A model generated the notes under the pieces. That model ran no database searches. It saw nothing but the letters and a program-made list of their open reading frames with translations, and was not told where the DNA came from. From the NCBI RefSeq assembly GCF_030028105.1, contig NC_092379.1, positions 24,173,821 to 24,237,820 on the forward strand: a stretch of DNA of 64,000 nt, given 5' to 3'. Each line of letters begins with the position of its first letter. The first letter of the stretch is position 1. This stretch comes from Mobula birostris. Taxonomy: Eukaryota. Of the stretch, positions 1 to 12,955 are shown piece by piece. The position numbers and the translations under genes were made by a program.

Positions 1-14
1 ACCTCCGCCCCTCT

Positions 15-55
15 CACTATCCCCCAGCACAGTTACTCCACAGTCAAACTGCACT
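15..55 (-). other. Possible degenerate D segment relic downstream of V1
   Basis: Minus strand reads AACTGTG-CTGGGG-GATAGTG, i.e. heptamer-like sequence on both sides of a G-rich core, ~345 nt from the V RSS. The nonamer is poor and the 3' RSS runs off the window. Confidence 0.3.
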
Positions 56-371
56 AGATCACCAAAATGTCCTTGACCATTATTGTTTCTCATAGCTCGT
101 CCATTTACTATCACGCATAGACTAAAACTCCACACTTTGACCAGATTGACCTGTGACCAAATTTGCACTCACCCAGCTTGCCTCTGAGCTGATATCAGAA
201 GTGATCCGGTGAGCTATTCCGTCATTTATCCAGCATCTCTTCTCAGGATTCTCCGTTGTGAATCCGCCTTCAATTGCATGGACGATCGAAGTGCTCAGAT
301 AGCCTGGAATACAGCTGTGGCGATCACTGTTGTGCTTTTCCTCAGCGCCCTAAGTGCAGGCGCTCTCTCTG

Positions 372-410
372 AGTGTTTGTTCCGGTCCAGATCCGATCTC
401 CCTCAATCTG
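372..410 (-). other. 23-spacer recombination signal sequence of V1 (degenerate heptamer)
   Basis: CAGATTG (404-410) + 23 nt + ACAAACACT (372-380), compared with consensus CACAGTG-23-ACAAAAACC. The spacer is similar to that of V2. Confidence 0.85.
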
Positions 411-705
411 TCTCGCTCAGTAATAGGTGGTAGTGTCATCCAGTCTCAGGTTGTTCATTTGCAGATGAGCGGTGCTGCTGTTCTTGGAAATCTTAAATTT
501 GCCTTCGACCCCAGGCGCGTAGTTCTTGCTCTGTTATCCCATATAACCGCTACCCATTCCAGCCCTCTCCTGGAGACCTGTTTCACCCAGTGCATGTCAT
601 AGCTTCTGCGGCTAAATCGAGTGAATGCACACATACGTCTGCGAGAGTGTCCAGGATTTACCACCGCTGACTCGGGCTGTGTCAGTTCGATGTCGGCTCG
701 CACGC
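411..705 (-). pseudogene. IGHV: Immunoglobulin heavy-chain V segment (IgW-like), pseudogene (V1)
   Basis: After acceptor ttacag the exon reads GVRADIELTQPESAVVNPGHS..C..MHWVKQVSRRGLEWVAVIWDN. It continues after a frameshift near 525-540 as KNYAPGVEGKFKISKNSSTAHLQMNNLRLDDTTTYY*AR. The second conserved Cys codon is TGA (417-419). The leader remnant at ~800-865 has no ATG. Confidence 0.92.
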
Positions 706-1210
706 CTGTAATTAAAAAAAGAGCAGGAATTAATAGCTTATTTCACGGACATAGTTTCACAAAGTCTCCGAGAAACAGCCGGTCCCGGGTGGGCGACAAG
801 ACACTGGATACCGAACAGCCAGGCAAGACTCGAGTAGACAGAGATAGAAGAAACACTCCTCCCTCTGAGCACTGAGTCAAACTTCGACACCTTTGTGATT
901 GTTGCTTCAGTTCAGGACGACTTTATCGGAAGACGCAGTGAACGCTGTTTCAACAGAGGATCAGACTGAGAAAGAGGGAATCGCGGCTTGAACAGGATTT
1001 CACTCACTGAAACCAGAGTCGTAGCTTCCTGTTGACATCCCCAGCAGGGAGTTTAATTCCACAAAAGATGTTTGTCTCTGTACAGGAGACGGTCAGCGAT
1101 CGTGACCAGACCAGAAGATAAGAGCGGTCACGCTCAATTCAATTCATGATATCAACGTGCAACAGTAAGTGTTAATGGAAACACAGAGAATCCCGGGTGG
1201 TGCGAATGAC

Positions 1211-1445
1211 GGACACCAGTACTTGGCAGGTACTCCCATGAGAGACAGAGACTGAGAGACGTCAGTCAGTGGACAAATATCACCCTGTGAGGCAGGAAGT
1301 GAGAGACACCTATCAGTAAACAAATATCACCTTGTGTGTCTGCAGAACAGCGACACCAGCCAGTGGACAGATATCCCCTGTGAGTCATGAACAGAGAGAC
1401 ACTAGTACGTGGATAGATATCCTGCTGAAAGACAGAGACGAAGAC
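1211..1445. repeat. ~46-47 bp tandem minisatellite (about 5 units) upstream of V1
   Basis: Units of the form GACACCAGTCAGTGGACAGATATCCCCTG...GAGA start at about 1211, 1258, 1305, 1352 and 1398. Confidence 0.85.
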
Positions 1446-3828
1446 AAGCAATTCAATGACCGGATGTCCTTCTGAGGACGCGGTCTAAGAGACACTGGCT
1501 TGTGTAGGAAATTGCATTAAGCAACAAAATTAACGATCGCACAATCGTCTATCTGCTCGCATATCAAAGGAATCAATGCCCCAAGTGTAAATGTGTGTAA
1601 TACTTAGTAATAAGAAATGTTATTGTTGTTAGACCTGACAAATCAATGTCAACACCAGGTTCTGGGCACATCTCCTCACAACAGGGTTAGAAATTCCCTT
1701 GCCCTACTTCAGCTGGTGAGAGGAACGGGGCGTTTGACGCAGAGAGCTCTGGAGCTGAAACCAAACAGCAGGAAAAAAACAGTGGTTGCTGTAACTAGGT
1801 CGCGCCCCAGTTAGTTTGGGAGACAAGCGTTGCCGTACGGTTCATATTGAAAGGAAACTCACGATGGAGAGCATCCAATGTGCAGATCAACAGAGTGGGC
1901 CTGTTTGTTTACCCACCCTGATGATGGCAATACTGCGTGTAGTAAATCCTCACTTAAATATAAACTGCTATGATAGAAAAACTAATAAAACCAAAGCTCT
2001 CCCGTCTCGAGGTAATTTGCTGTCACTCAGCTGTTTTCATGACTCCATGGCAAACCAGATCAGGTTCTGCAAACAATGAAAAACTTTCTGAAGTTGACTC
2101 ACTGTTGTCCTTGAGGGAAAGTGGGACTCAAATTACATAAAGCAACTTCTTTGAAACAGTAATGACGCATGAAGTGATCAGGCATTCTCTGATGCTGGTT
2201 GAGGGATCAATGCTGGGACAGATACTGGAGAGCTTTTCAAACCTTTTATGCCCACCTGACACAGCAATGCCACCATGGCAGGAAAAAAAAAGTAAAAACA
2301 TTATTTGTTTCCTTCAGTATAAAGACATTTTATCGTTCGGTTTGGAGGGTTGCGCACCTCAAAGACCGGGAAATCGATGTTGTCTGGAGTCACACATTGT
2401 GTTTTGAGTCTTGGTAGGGTCAACTATGCCAGACAGTTCAAAGGATAGTGGTCAGATTAAGAGTGGTCCACTGACCCTCTAGAATCGTGGGTTCTGCGCA
2501 GCTCGAGGAACCCTGACTGGTCAAAACATTGGTCGGGAGACAGCAATGAAGAGTCCTTGTACTGTATATCTGTGTGCGACGGCATTTCTGAGTCTTGTAG
2601 TGCAGCCTGTAACGTAGTTATCTCAGAGCTCCAACCAGTAGCTTTCGTTCATGACCTCGGATGCTTTATGTCTGTACAGTTATCCAGTTGCCTTTGTGAC
2701 CTCCTGGGGTTCCTGCGAGTAACCCTGTTTCCAGCAACATGCAATTTTTCAGGCTAGTAGTTTAACTGATCGTTGTAAATTACCAATGTGGGCGTTAGAG
2801 TTTATGATAATATATGTGACATTGGAGAATAGAATAAGATCATAGAAGACGGGAATTGATGGTTCGCCGAAAGTTCGCAGATCAAAATTCTTCTTATGTT
2901 GTATTTCGTAAATTGGTATTTTTCATAACATAGCAGCAAATACCAATTTACACCGGAAACAAAGGAATAATTGTCCCTGAAGGAAGAGGGCATGTTAAAG
3001 GGCGATTATTCCGTTTTTATATGTTGATAGGCCAAAATCAATTTGTTCAATAGCCGTTTTGTGGGCGATAACGAGATACCCGGATGGTATGTTGCTTCCC
3101 TGGTACCAGGGCCGGGTTACCTCGGATCGAGTCCTCAGCATTATTAATTGGGAGCGTGAACAGCCAGAGTTCATGGTCTACGTACGTGCCAATAGCATGG
3201 GTGACCAGGTTCTGCATAGGGAGTTCAGGAGGTTAGGTGCTAAGTTAAAGGACAGGACATTCAGGGTGGTGATCTGAGGATTTATACCCATGCCACATGC
3301 TAGTGAGGCCAAATATAAGAAGATTATACAGTTTCACACGTGCCTAAGGAGTAGGTGCAGACGGGAGTACTTATGATTTTAAGATAATTGAGCTCCCTTC
3401 CTGGGAAGATATGACCTGTAGAGAAGGAAGTTCTTGCACCTGAACTGAAGAGGGAACTGATATCCTAGCAGGAAGATTTGTTATCCTAGCGGGGTTTTAA
3501 ACTAGGATTGCAGAGGAATGGGGACCAGATTGGTAGAACAATTAGTGGAGAGACGTGGAGGCTTCAGACAATATTCTGTGCCTCAGTTGGATTAGACCAG
3601 AGCGGGAAAGATTAAAGGAGGTGCGGCGTAATTTGACAGGGAAAACGACACGACAGTGCACGGTCAGGGCAGACTGGATATCTCGACAAGTGAGGCGTTA
3701 TGGTTGGAACTGAAAAATAGGAAACGTAAAACCACGTTGACAGGGCTATATTACAGACCATCTACCAGTCCGAGGGATTTAGAGGAACAAAAATGTAAAG
3801 AGATCGCAGACTGCTGCAAGAAACATCA

Positions 3829-4087
3829 GGTTATTATAGAAGGTGATTTTAAACTTTCGACATATTGACAGGGAGTTTCATTCTGTAAATTGACTAGATG
3901 TGATAGAGTTTCTCAAATATGTTAAAGAAACTTTCCTTCATTGGTAGGTTGAATAAGACAGGGTTATTATAGAAGGTGATTTTAAACTTTCGACATATTG
4001 ACAGGGAATTTCATTCTGTAAATTGACTAGATGTGATAGAGTTTCTCAAATATGTTAAAGAAACTTTCCTTCATTGGTAGGTTGAAT
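3829..4087 (+). repeat. Tandem duplication (~126 bp, period 133) inside the CR1 APE region
   Basis: 3829-3954 and 3962-4087 are near-identical (ggttattatagaagg...gttgaat), with one visible mismatch. Confidence 0.95.
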
Positions 4088-5833
4088 CAGATGACCAAGG
4101 TTTGTGTAGGGTAACACTTCGCATGGAGTGACCACAATGCTATTAGTTTGGAAATACTGTATATATGAAAAAAGATAGGATTGGTCTGCGGGCTGAGATT
4201 GTAAATTGGAGAAAGGCAAGTTTGAGAGTATCAGAAATGATCTGGAAAGTCAGGGATTGGAACAGCTTTTTTTCTGGCAAAGGTGTACTTGGTAAGTAGA
4301 CGGCCTTCAGAAACAAATGTTGAGAGTACAAAGCTTGTTTGTGCCTATCAGAATAAAATGTAAAGGTGGCAAGTGCGGGGAACCTTGGTTCTAAAGAGAT
4401 AATGAGGCACTGGTGGAGAAAGAAAAGTAAGTGCACAACAGTTATAGGCATGCAGGAAGAAATGAGGTGTTTATGGAGTGTACAAAATGAAAGGGAACAC
4501 TTAAAAAGAAATTCGAAGGCGTAAAGAAGGCATGAAGGTGCTCTAGCGGTCACGGTGAAGGAGAATCAGAAGAGATTCTACAGACATGTTAAGAGCGAAA
4601 GGATTGGAAGGGGCAAAATCGATTCTCCGGAAAACCAGAATGATAATTCACGTGTGGAGCTAAAAAATACAGGGTAGTCCTTAAATGGATTCTTCGCATC
4701 TGAATTAGCTCAGGAGACAGATACAAAGTCTATAGAAGTGAGGCATACCAGTATCAAATTCATGGACCCTGTGTAGATTACAGAGGAGTAGGTATTTGCT
4801 ATCATGAGACATTCAGGGTGGATGAACCCTCAGGGCCTGTAAGGCTGCTCCCTCGGACCCTACGGAAGTGAAGGGTAGAAACTGCGGGGTCCAGGTAGAG
4901 ATACATAAATAATGCTGAGAAATATGGGCGTTACCAGAGGATTGGAGGATAATTAATGTGGTTCCGTTATTGAAAAAGGCTCTAAACGTAAACCAGGAAA
5001 TGATAGCCCGCTGAGTCTGATATCAGTTGCGGAAAACATACTAGAAATTATTGTAAGAGACCACATAAATAAGTAATTGGATAAACATGAACTGGTTGAC
5101 AATAGTCAGCATGCCTTCGTGCGTGGTAGCGTATGTCCAGCCAAGCTTATAGAGTTTTTTGAGGAAACTACCAGGAAAGTAGATGAAGGCCAGGCAGCGG
5201 ATGTTGTCAAAATGTACTTTGGTCAGGCATTTGGCACGGTCTCGCATGGAAGCTTAATGAAGAAGGTTGGTTGCTCGGCATTTCGGATGAGATACAAGTT
5301 TGATTCGACATTGGCTGAGGGACAAGCCAGAGATAGGAACTAGAGGGTGGATACTCTGACTGGAGACCTCTGACTGTGCCATAGGGATCGGCGCCGTATC
5401 CTTTTGTTTGTAATATATCTGAACGTTCTGGATGGCAATACGGGTACTGAATCAGCACATTTACAGATATACCAAGATTAGGGATGCAGTGGACAGTGAG
5501 GAAAACTATGACGGCTTGCAGAGAGATCTGCATCAGCTGAAAAATGACACGTTCAATTTAATGAAGACAAATGCAATGTTTTGCACTTCCGTTGGACCAC
5601 CAAGGGCAGGTCTTACACGCTGAGCAGCGTGATGAAAGAAAGAAATCTGAGAATGCAGGTCCATAATCCCTTAAAAGTGGCGTCACAGGTAAATAGGGTC
5701 CGAAAGAAAGTTTTTGGTACATTGGCCTTCAGAAGTCAACTTATTCTGTACAGGAGGTGGCATAATATATTGACGTTGTATAACACGTTGCTGATGCCTG
5801 CTTTGCAGTATTTTGGGCAGATTTGGTGACCTA

Positions 5834-6354
5834 TCCATTCGTCGTTAGGTCGCATCTAGAATTTCCAGTTGGCGCCGATTTCCCTCCACGCCGCTCTGAC
5901 ATATTGAGAAATCATGTACTCGGCAGATTACAGCACTGTTTTGCCTTTTCCTTCTTCCGGGAGAGTTTAAAGAGATCACCACCTCTTGCGGTGGATGACT
6001 TGGACGTCTACGTGTCTTGTCCTGATCTTAGCGCTCCACCAACGCCTGCTGGCCTGCCTTCTTGACCTTTGGAGCATTAATCGGTCTCCTTCGCTCAATG
6101 TGCCAGGGCCAGACTTTACACACTGGAACAGACAGATCCGATACCTACCTATCTCACTGGTTTGGCCCGTCTGCCGAGGCAGTTTACCGTGTGTGGCCGC
6201 TGCGCGTGCTACAGCTACTTGGAGCCACAGGTAAGAGCTGAGCTCCAGGTAGGGACCAAAGGTGGACGAGCTGCCCTGAAAAAGGCTACAACAGACACCA
6301 CCCACCCCCCACAGAACAGAGGTGCTACCCCTCTCTAGACACCTCATTCACCAC
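5834..6354. mobile_element. 521-bp unclassified insertion interrupting the CR1, flanked by a GACCTA duplication
   Basis: CR1 sequence tggtGACCTA stops at 5833 and resumes at GACCTAcctatagg (6355-6360). The internal sequence is not CR1. Confidence 0.6.
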
Positions 6355-7207
6355 GACCTACCTATAGGGAAGATGTAAACACAGTTGAAAGAGTGCCTTG
6401 AAAAAATTTTCTAGGATATTTCGGGGTCTGGAGGACCTGGGTTATGCGGGAAAGTTGCTTAGATTAGGACTGTATTCTGCAGAACGGAGAAGAATGAGAG
6501 GAAAATTGATATTGGTATACAAAATTATGAGGGTTATAGATAGTGTAAATGTAGACAGGTTTATTACACTGAGGTTGGGTGGGACTACAATCAGAGGTCT
6601 TGAGTTAAGGGTGAACAGTTAGGATTAAGAGGGACATTAGGCGAAACGTCTTTACTCAGAGAGTCGCGGCAGTGTGGCACAAGTTGCCAGCGCCAGTGGT
6701 GCATGCAAAACCGATTTCAACGTTTAACAGAGGTTTGAGAAGTGCCTGGGTAGCAGTGGTACGGATGGGTATTTTTCCGGTGCATGTGCGTTGGAGCAGG
6801 AAGTCTAAATGATTTCGCCATAGACAAAATGGCCAGACGGGCCTCTGTATGTGCTGTGCTTCTCTATGACTCCATGACTCTAATCTAGGTTAGATTAGAC
6901 CCCGATTAGATTTCAGTTCTGTGGAAGCGACTCCAGCCTGAAACTGGTCTTCGTTCCGTATGTATAAGCATTTTCTATATCTATTGCAGATTTACAAGAA
7001 TTGCAGTTTTATTTTGATATAAAGTTTAGGATAAGCAGATTCCTATTTCGTGTAGGGAAAACGCTCTGCCAAGAGTATTCTGTCAAACGCAGAGAATATT
7101 TTATCTAACCTCTTCCAGCGTATGAAGACCCAAATAACTTTCCCCTCCCTCCTGAAACTTGTGACCTTCGGTGCTGGCACAGTTCGAATGATATAAGTAA
7201 AATACGT

Positions 7208-10200
7208 TGTAAGGTTTCACTGCTAAAGTAAGGCCTGTCTGTAATATTTCACTGCTAAGGCTGAGGTAATGGATTTTCTGTTTGAGTTATGACCAGAAAT
7301 AATGTGCCTTGTTAGCCAATGAGCGAGGTGTTTTTCTTTCTTGAATGTCTGGGAAGGGAATTCGCGGTCTTTTGCCGGGGAGCAATGGAGAGAGAGGACG
7401 CGGTTGGAGAGAGTTGGTAGACCGCCGGACGGAGTGGACAGAGGAGCGAGGGTCCGAGGGACTGCTACGTTCGGAGGATCACCAAGGAAACAAATGGACA
7501 ACTTTCTGAGCTCCAACGTTTGCGCTTTGTTCTGCTTCATGTGAATGGATCCTTTTCTTTTTCTTTGTTTCTTTACTTATCATATAATCAAAATAAGAAT
7601 TATAAAGTACAATCGTTCAATCGCATATTATGTATTGATTTTATTTCATGGAACTGATTTATAACAGGGGTTCACATCGCACAGCATCCAGCCAAACGAG
7701 GTTACTTAAGTTTGGCCAAGCCGGGGACAGTCATCCCAAAGATTAAGACGTTAGCCGAACCGAGCTTTCCAACTGTGGGGGCGACGTTTGGGATTGATTC
7801 CGTTGGATGCTGTGTGATTACCCCGACTATTGAGCCAGTGGGGTAGAAATTCGTACTCCGGGTGAATTGTTAAGCACTGTTAACGTTGCGATGATCAGCA
7901 GAGGATTGATAAAATGGCTGGCGCAACTCTTGCTTTAATGCAGACCAGCGCTGACCTAGCGGTAGCTGGGGGCGAAGATTTCAAAGACCGGGTTCTATCG
8001 TTTCTGACGACTGAGGGAGTGGTAGAAATTGCAATGTCTAATTAGTCCACGTCCCCCGTTGAAGAGTGAGAATTCTGAGGTAGTATTCGCCCTTAATTCT
8101 CTGGCCAATAAAGTGAGTGGCGTGCTCTGATGACGTAAAATGACTGAGATTGGTTGGATGTTTGAATGGCGGACCGCTAACGTTGTTAGAGCCGTCAGGT
8201 TACGGTATCCCGTAGCGACAACTGTCAATTACATGCAAGCACTGGACTATGGTTTTGACCCGACAGGAAGCCCAATGGAGCTCATGTTGGGATTTCAGCA
8301 CATGCGGCAGGAGAAGGGGAGGAAGCTTTATGCTTTTATTGTTCGGCTAGAGAGGCAGCTAAAGTTCTTGAAGCGCAGAGGGCTCGTTTAGACTGCTGAG
8401 GTGGATCAGTTAAGAATGACACAAATAGCTCAGGGCGCGAAGTCCCATGAGCTGATGGCTTGGGGTCTCCTGCTGTCTCGTAAGAGGCGCCTTCCTGCAT
8501 CCTTTGTTGAGCTGATCAGAGAGGTACGGGAAGAGGAGAACCCATCGGAAGTGCGGGAGGGCTCCGTCAGGAGGGTACAGTCCTCGGTAACAGTCCCCTG
8601 CCGTGAAGTGACCACACATAGCCTACTCCAGGGAGCGGTAGAGGCGATTGTGGCAGAGTTAAGAACGGAGACTTCTCGGCTGTTATCATCGGTTGTGACC
8701 CCACCCCCATATCCCTTCCTAAGGGAAGGGATAATAAGGAGGGCTGCTGGCCGCATATGTCACGCCAGAAAGAGTGCGTCCCGGGTACCTAAGCAGAGAG
8801 AGTCGTTGGGAATACTTAGAGGAAAGCAAGTGAGGAAACGGTCTGGTGTCTCTAGGGGAACATTTTCCCAGCAATTTACCAACAAACCCGGAAAGCGAAA
8901 GGCCCAATTCCTGCTGAAAGCTTAGTGCGACCATGCTCCAGTGTGTCCCTACTGATAGAGGGGATTACAACCGGCACTGGAGATCTGGGTGCTTCGTGCT
9001 CGTGATTACCCGTACGACAGTTATTTATCAGTGAAGTTGGAGTTCCCGTAGGCCGATGTGGGAGTGTCTGAGGTCCTTGATATATTAGTTTTGGTTTGTC
9101 CGGACCCTGTTGAGAAGGGCGGCCTTCCAATTCTGGTGGAGACCAATACCCCTCTTGTGAGAAGGCTCATTTGGGTCTGCAAGGAGAAGGCTGATGAGAG
9201 CTTTTTGAGAACCTTGCCGTGCACCCGATGCTTCGAGCTGCTTTTGAGGAAGTGCATGGCTGCATTAGGCCGGATCGCGAATTTAGACGAGGGACTGTGT
9301 GGTTCACCCAGTGGAAGCCAATGGTGTTAGGGCTAGGGGACGTAGCGAGAGTGATGGCGCGCACAAGATTCCCGGAATGCCTGAGGGCTCGGCCCTCTTC
9401 GAGAATGCTCCGGAACTCCAAGAGCGGGAGTCGAAGTCTCCTGCTGGGCTACTGGTGAGGCCCGAATTGCAGAAGCCTTCGGTTGTACAGGGAAGCAGGA
9501 TGGCAGTGATTGTCATGAACACTACGAAGAGGGACGTTGCCTTAAAGAAGGGAATGTCCCTGGCGCATTTGCTCCCGCAGTAATGTCTAGTGTCCCTGTG
9601 AGACAAGCCGGGGAGCAGCTATTGGAAAAAGCGGAAAAGTTGAGTCATTCATCTTCGGTGTCTCCCTGGTTCCCGCCGGTTACAGGAAGGTGTCTTTTTC
9701 ACTAACGAGTTTGATGTGGGTTGTTTCACTGTCCGGGCGACCGATGATGCCACATTCAGAGAAAGGACGCGGCGACCGCCGCCTGCAGAGGTGGAGAACG
9801 TTGGGCAGCATTTGTGTAAGTTGAAGGAAGCTGAAATCATCACCCAGTCCTGAAGCCACTATGCGTCCCCAATAATAGTGACCAGAAAAGAAGAATGAGA
9901 AGGTACGGATGTGTGTGGCCTATAAAACTCTGAAAAACTATATCGTCCTGACCAGTATACTGACCTGACGATTGAAGGCAGGCTGGCCTGCCTGAGTGTT
10001 GCAAAGTGGTTCAATGTGCTGGACTTAAGGAGAGAATATTACCACATCCGTATGAGTGAGGCCGACAAAGAGAACACGGAATATACATGACCCCTGGGAT
10101 TTTTGCAGTTGGAAATGATGCCCAGGGCATCTGGAGAGCTCTTGCAACCTTCCGGCGGGTCATGGAGAAGACGGTGTGCCATATGAATTTGCTTGAGGGA

Positions 10201-12105
10201 TTGGTATATCTGTGTGACCTCGCAGTGTTTCGATGCACATTCGAAGAACATGAAGCGAGGCTGCAGAAGGTGCTGGCCCGCTTGAAATCTGAAGGTTTAA
10301 AACATTCCATGGGCAAGTGATAGTTATGTCAAACGTCTGTCAGCTATGTTGGGTATATAGTTTCACGGATTGGAGTAGCTACAGATCCAGCTCAGATAGA
10401 GGCGGTTACCACTTGGCCAGGAACCCGCACTGTGAGCGCTTTGCGCTCGGTCCTCGGGTTCTGTGCTTGCCATCGGAGAATGTAAAAGGATACGCGAAAG
10501 TGAATACCCGTTGAATCATGTTCTGTGTGGTTACCCTCGCTTGGAGAAGAAAAGAAGGAGGAAGAAAGGACAGAGGGGCGCAGAGAATCTTAGCCCGTCG
10601 GAGCCCTTTGGAGCGATGTGGGATGCAAAATGTGAGAAGGCCTTTCAGTCGCCGATGCTGACTTTTGCCGACCCGCGATTGCCGTATGTACCGCATAGGC
10701 ATTTCAGCCGAGAGGGTTTATATGGCGTCCTGTATCAAGATCAGGGCACCGGGTTGAGACCTGTTGTGTTTGTCAGCCAGAGTCTGTCTCACTCCAAGAA
10801 AAAAAAAATCCCACGTACAAGTTTAAATCTCTGGCTTTAAAATGGGCGGTGCTGGATACGTTGAATGACTACCTTTACGGGGTTAAATTTGAGGTGAGAA
10901 CGAATAACAGCCCCCTAACTTATATCCTGACACTGGCGAAACTGGATGCCACAGGCCATCGATGGTGGGAGGCGTTGTCGGTCTATGATTTCACATGAAG
11001 TACCAGCCGGGAAACAGGAACATTGATGCTGATGCTTCGTCCCGAAGGGCGCATGAGGGATTGGTCAGGGTCGAGCAATGGAAGAGAGTTCCAGCCCCAG
11101 GTTTGAAGACTATGTGTCACTGAAGGCAGAGAGAATGGAGGGGCAGGATCGATCGGTCGGAGCTTCGGATGACGACATTCCCCAAGTCTACTGTAACCTG
11201 ATTGCTTTGAAGACAAATGAGCAGCCGGGATTGAGTTTTGGGTACCAGGCGTGCTTAGCGAGGTGATCCGGGAGTGGATACCATTTGGGCAGCTGTCGAA
11301 AAGGGAGACGTGCCTCAGACGGGGAAGAGGAAACTTACGTCGGTGCCTCCATTATTGCAAGAACTGCTCAGGTTGGAGTTGAAGAACCAGATTTTATACA
11401 GGGTCACGTCACCAGCAGACAGAACTCGCCGATGCCAGCTGGTTCTGCCCGAGAATTATCGGAGGATTGCGTTGAAAGAATACGAGGTGAGGCTATTTTG
11501 GGAATGACGAGGGTGGACTTAACCCCGAAGACTTATGTGAAGTAGGTGTCTGATATGTGAAAAGAGCTGAAGAGGGCTTATGAATTCGTCGGGGTCGCGG
11601 CTGCCAAGCCCAAACAAGGAGGTAAGAGGAGGTACGATCAAAAGTTGAGGTTCTTCCAACTCCGGCTGGGAGACAGAGTCCTCATAAGGAATCTGGGGCT
11701 ATCTGGAAAGCATAAGTTGTAGTTGGCTGACCGTTGGGCGGCTACGCCTTATGTGGTGGAGAGTCAGATGCCACACCTACCAGTTTTCCAGGTGAAACTA
11801 AAGGATGGGAATAGGCCTGTCAGGATTCTTCATCGGAACCACCTGCTGCCACTGGGACAGGAGGTGTAGGTAGACCCAGATCCGGATTAGGGCCTACACC
11901 TAGTAAGTGGACTCAACGGAAACGCTGCTCGACTGCATGGCCCACAGTAGTCGAGGTTAGGCCGGCTCTCACCCCTGAGAGGGATACTGATTCCGAAGAC
12001 GAAGACCTCTATGTGTGGTATATGCCGCCTTTCGCTGACTCCCCATTGATTGAGGAACTGTCTTCCAGCCCCTCTCCCGCTGTTGTCACATGCAGCTGAC
12101 AAGTA
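7208..12105 (+). mobile_element. Ty3/Gypsy LTR retrotransposon (5' LTR, gag-PR-RT-RH-partial INT), degraded, no 3' LTR
   Basis: LTR-like 7208-7771 (TGTAAGG start). A degenerate tRNA-Pro-type PBS tgggggcgacgtttgggat lies at 7776-7794. Coding remnants: gag ~7900-8900, protease region ~9000-9600, RT (GLVYLCDL = YLDD box, FEEHEARLQKVL), RNase H (GLRPVVFVSQSLS), and INT C-terminus (GDRVLIRNLG..HRNHLLP). Confidence 0.88.
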
Positions 12106-12499
12106 ATTGGCTATCATGTTTCCCCATCCCTGGCCGACATTACATATAAACATAGCAGATCTTTGCTGGTGCTAGTATCTCCTCTAAGTAAGTAGCTTTT
12201 GTCCGTAGATCCTATGGATACTTGTAGAACAAACGCAAACTTTCCAACAATTAACACCCCCTGGGACCTATTCTCTGCACAATATCGTCAATCCTCTCAA
12301 CTCACTTCGCAGGACTGATTGCTATTACGTAAGAGTGACCAGTTAGGCTTCAAACCTGCACTTCTTTGGGTATAGCGAGGAACGCGCAGAAAGAAGACAT
12401 AGCCCGTTTCCACGTGCGCTTAAGGCGTAGAAGAAATTGCTCAGCAACCGGCATTTCCACGCCAAAATCTTGTTTAGAGAAGGGTGATGGCTGCAATCC

Positions 12500-12955
12500 C
12501 TTTTGTCATTCCCAAGCATACTGACAAGAACTGACCAATGGAAGTTATTGTCGGCAGCCTCTGCTCATATCATTTGGGAGCTGAAGGGTGCGAAGTTCTA
12601 CGAGACAAGGCAGTGCAAGGTATCTCCAGCTCCTGATTCACTCTCTCAGCCTGGCAGATAGATTGGGAGTTGGAATCTTATAACAGGCTGGCAGTGACAG
12701 CCAAAAGAGAACAGAAAGTCATCCAAAAGTGGTACGTGAACAGCGTTGCCCGATAAGGCACCATGTCGCGAGGGCAGCCGTGGAGCTTGAAAATGAGCTG
12801 AGTCACTAGTCTGGTAGTCTTATGAGTTGTAGGGATTTTAGGAAGATTAATGACGTTAATGAAGATTAATGCTCTAGAGATCTGGTCCACAGCTATCATA
12901 ATGGTATTGTTTCCATCTGGCAGAGGCAGACCCGTGATAAAATCTACCAAGACGT
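12500..12955 (-). mobile_element. Sushi/chromovirus-like Gypsy integrase fragment
   Basis: ORF 12678-12962 reads VDFITGLPLPDGNNTIMIAVDQ..FKLHGCPRDMV..FTYHFW..FCSLL and continues as a degraded ..AERVNQELE motif. Confidence 0.8.

Larger units (their letters stand above)
2995..6882 (+). mobile_element. Degraded CR1-clade LINE (esterase ORF1, APE and RT remnants, 3' tail)
   Basis: Fragments include VLHREFRRLGAKLKDRTFRVVI (SGNH esterase), EALWLELKNRK..GLYYRP (APE), QHAFVRG..LIEFFEE (RT) and LGLYSAERRRMRG. The 3' tail ctatgactccatgactct is at ~6865-6882. Many stops and frameshifts. Confidence 0.9.

Noticed and set aside
721-1200. Octamer or TATA-type V promoter motifs upstream of either V
   Set aside because: No ATGCAAAT/ATTTGCAT or convincing CRE decamer at a plausible distance was seen.
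1211-1445. CRISPR-like appearance of the 47-bp periodic array
   Set aside because: Whole units are degenerate copies with no unique spacers; there are no cas genes and the context is eukaryotic.
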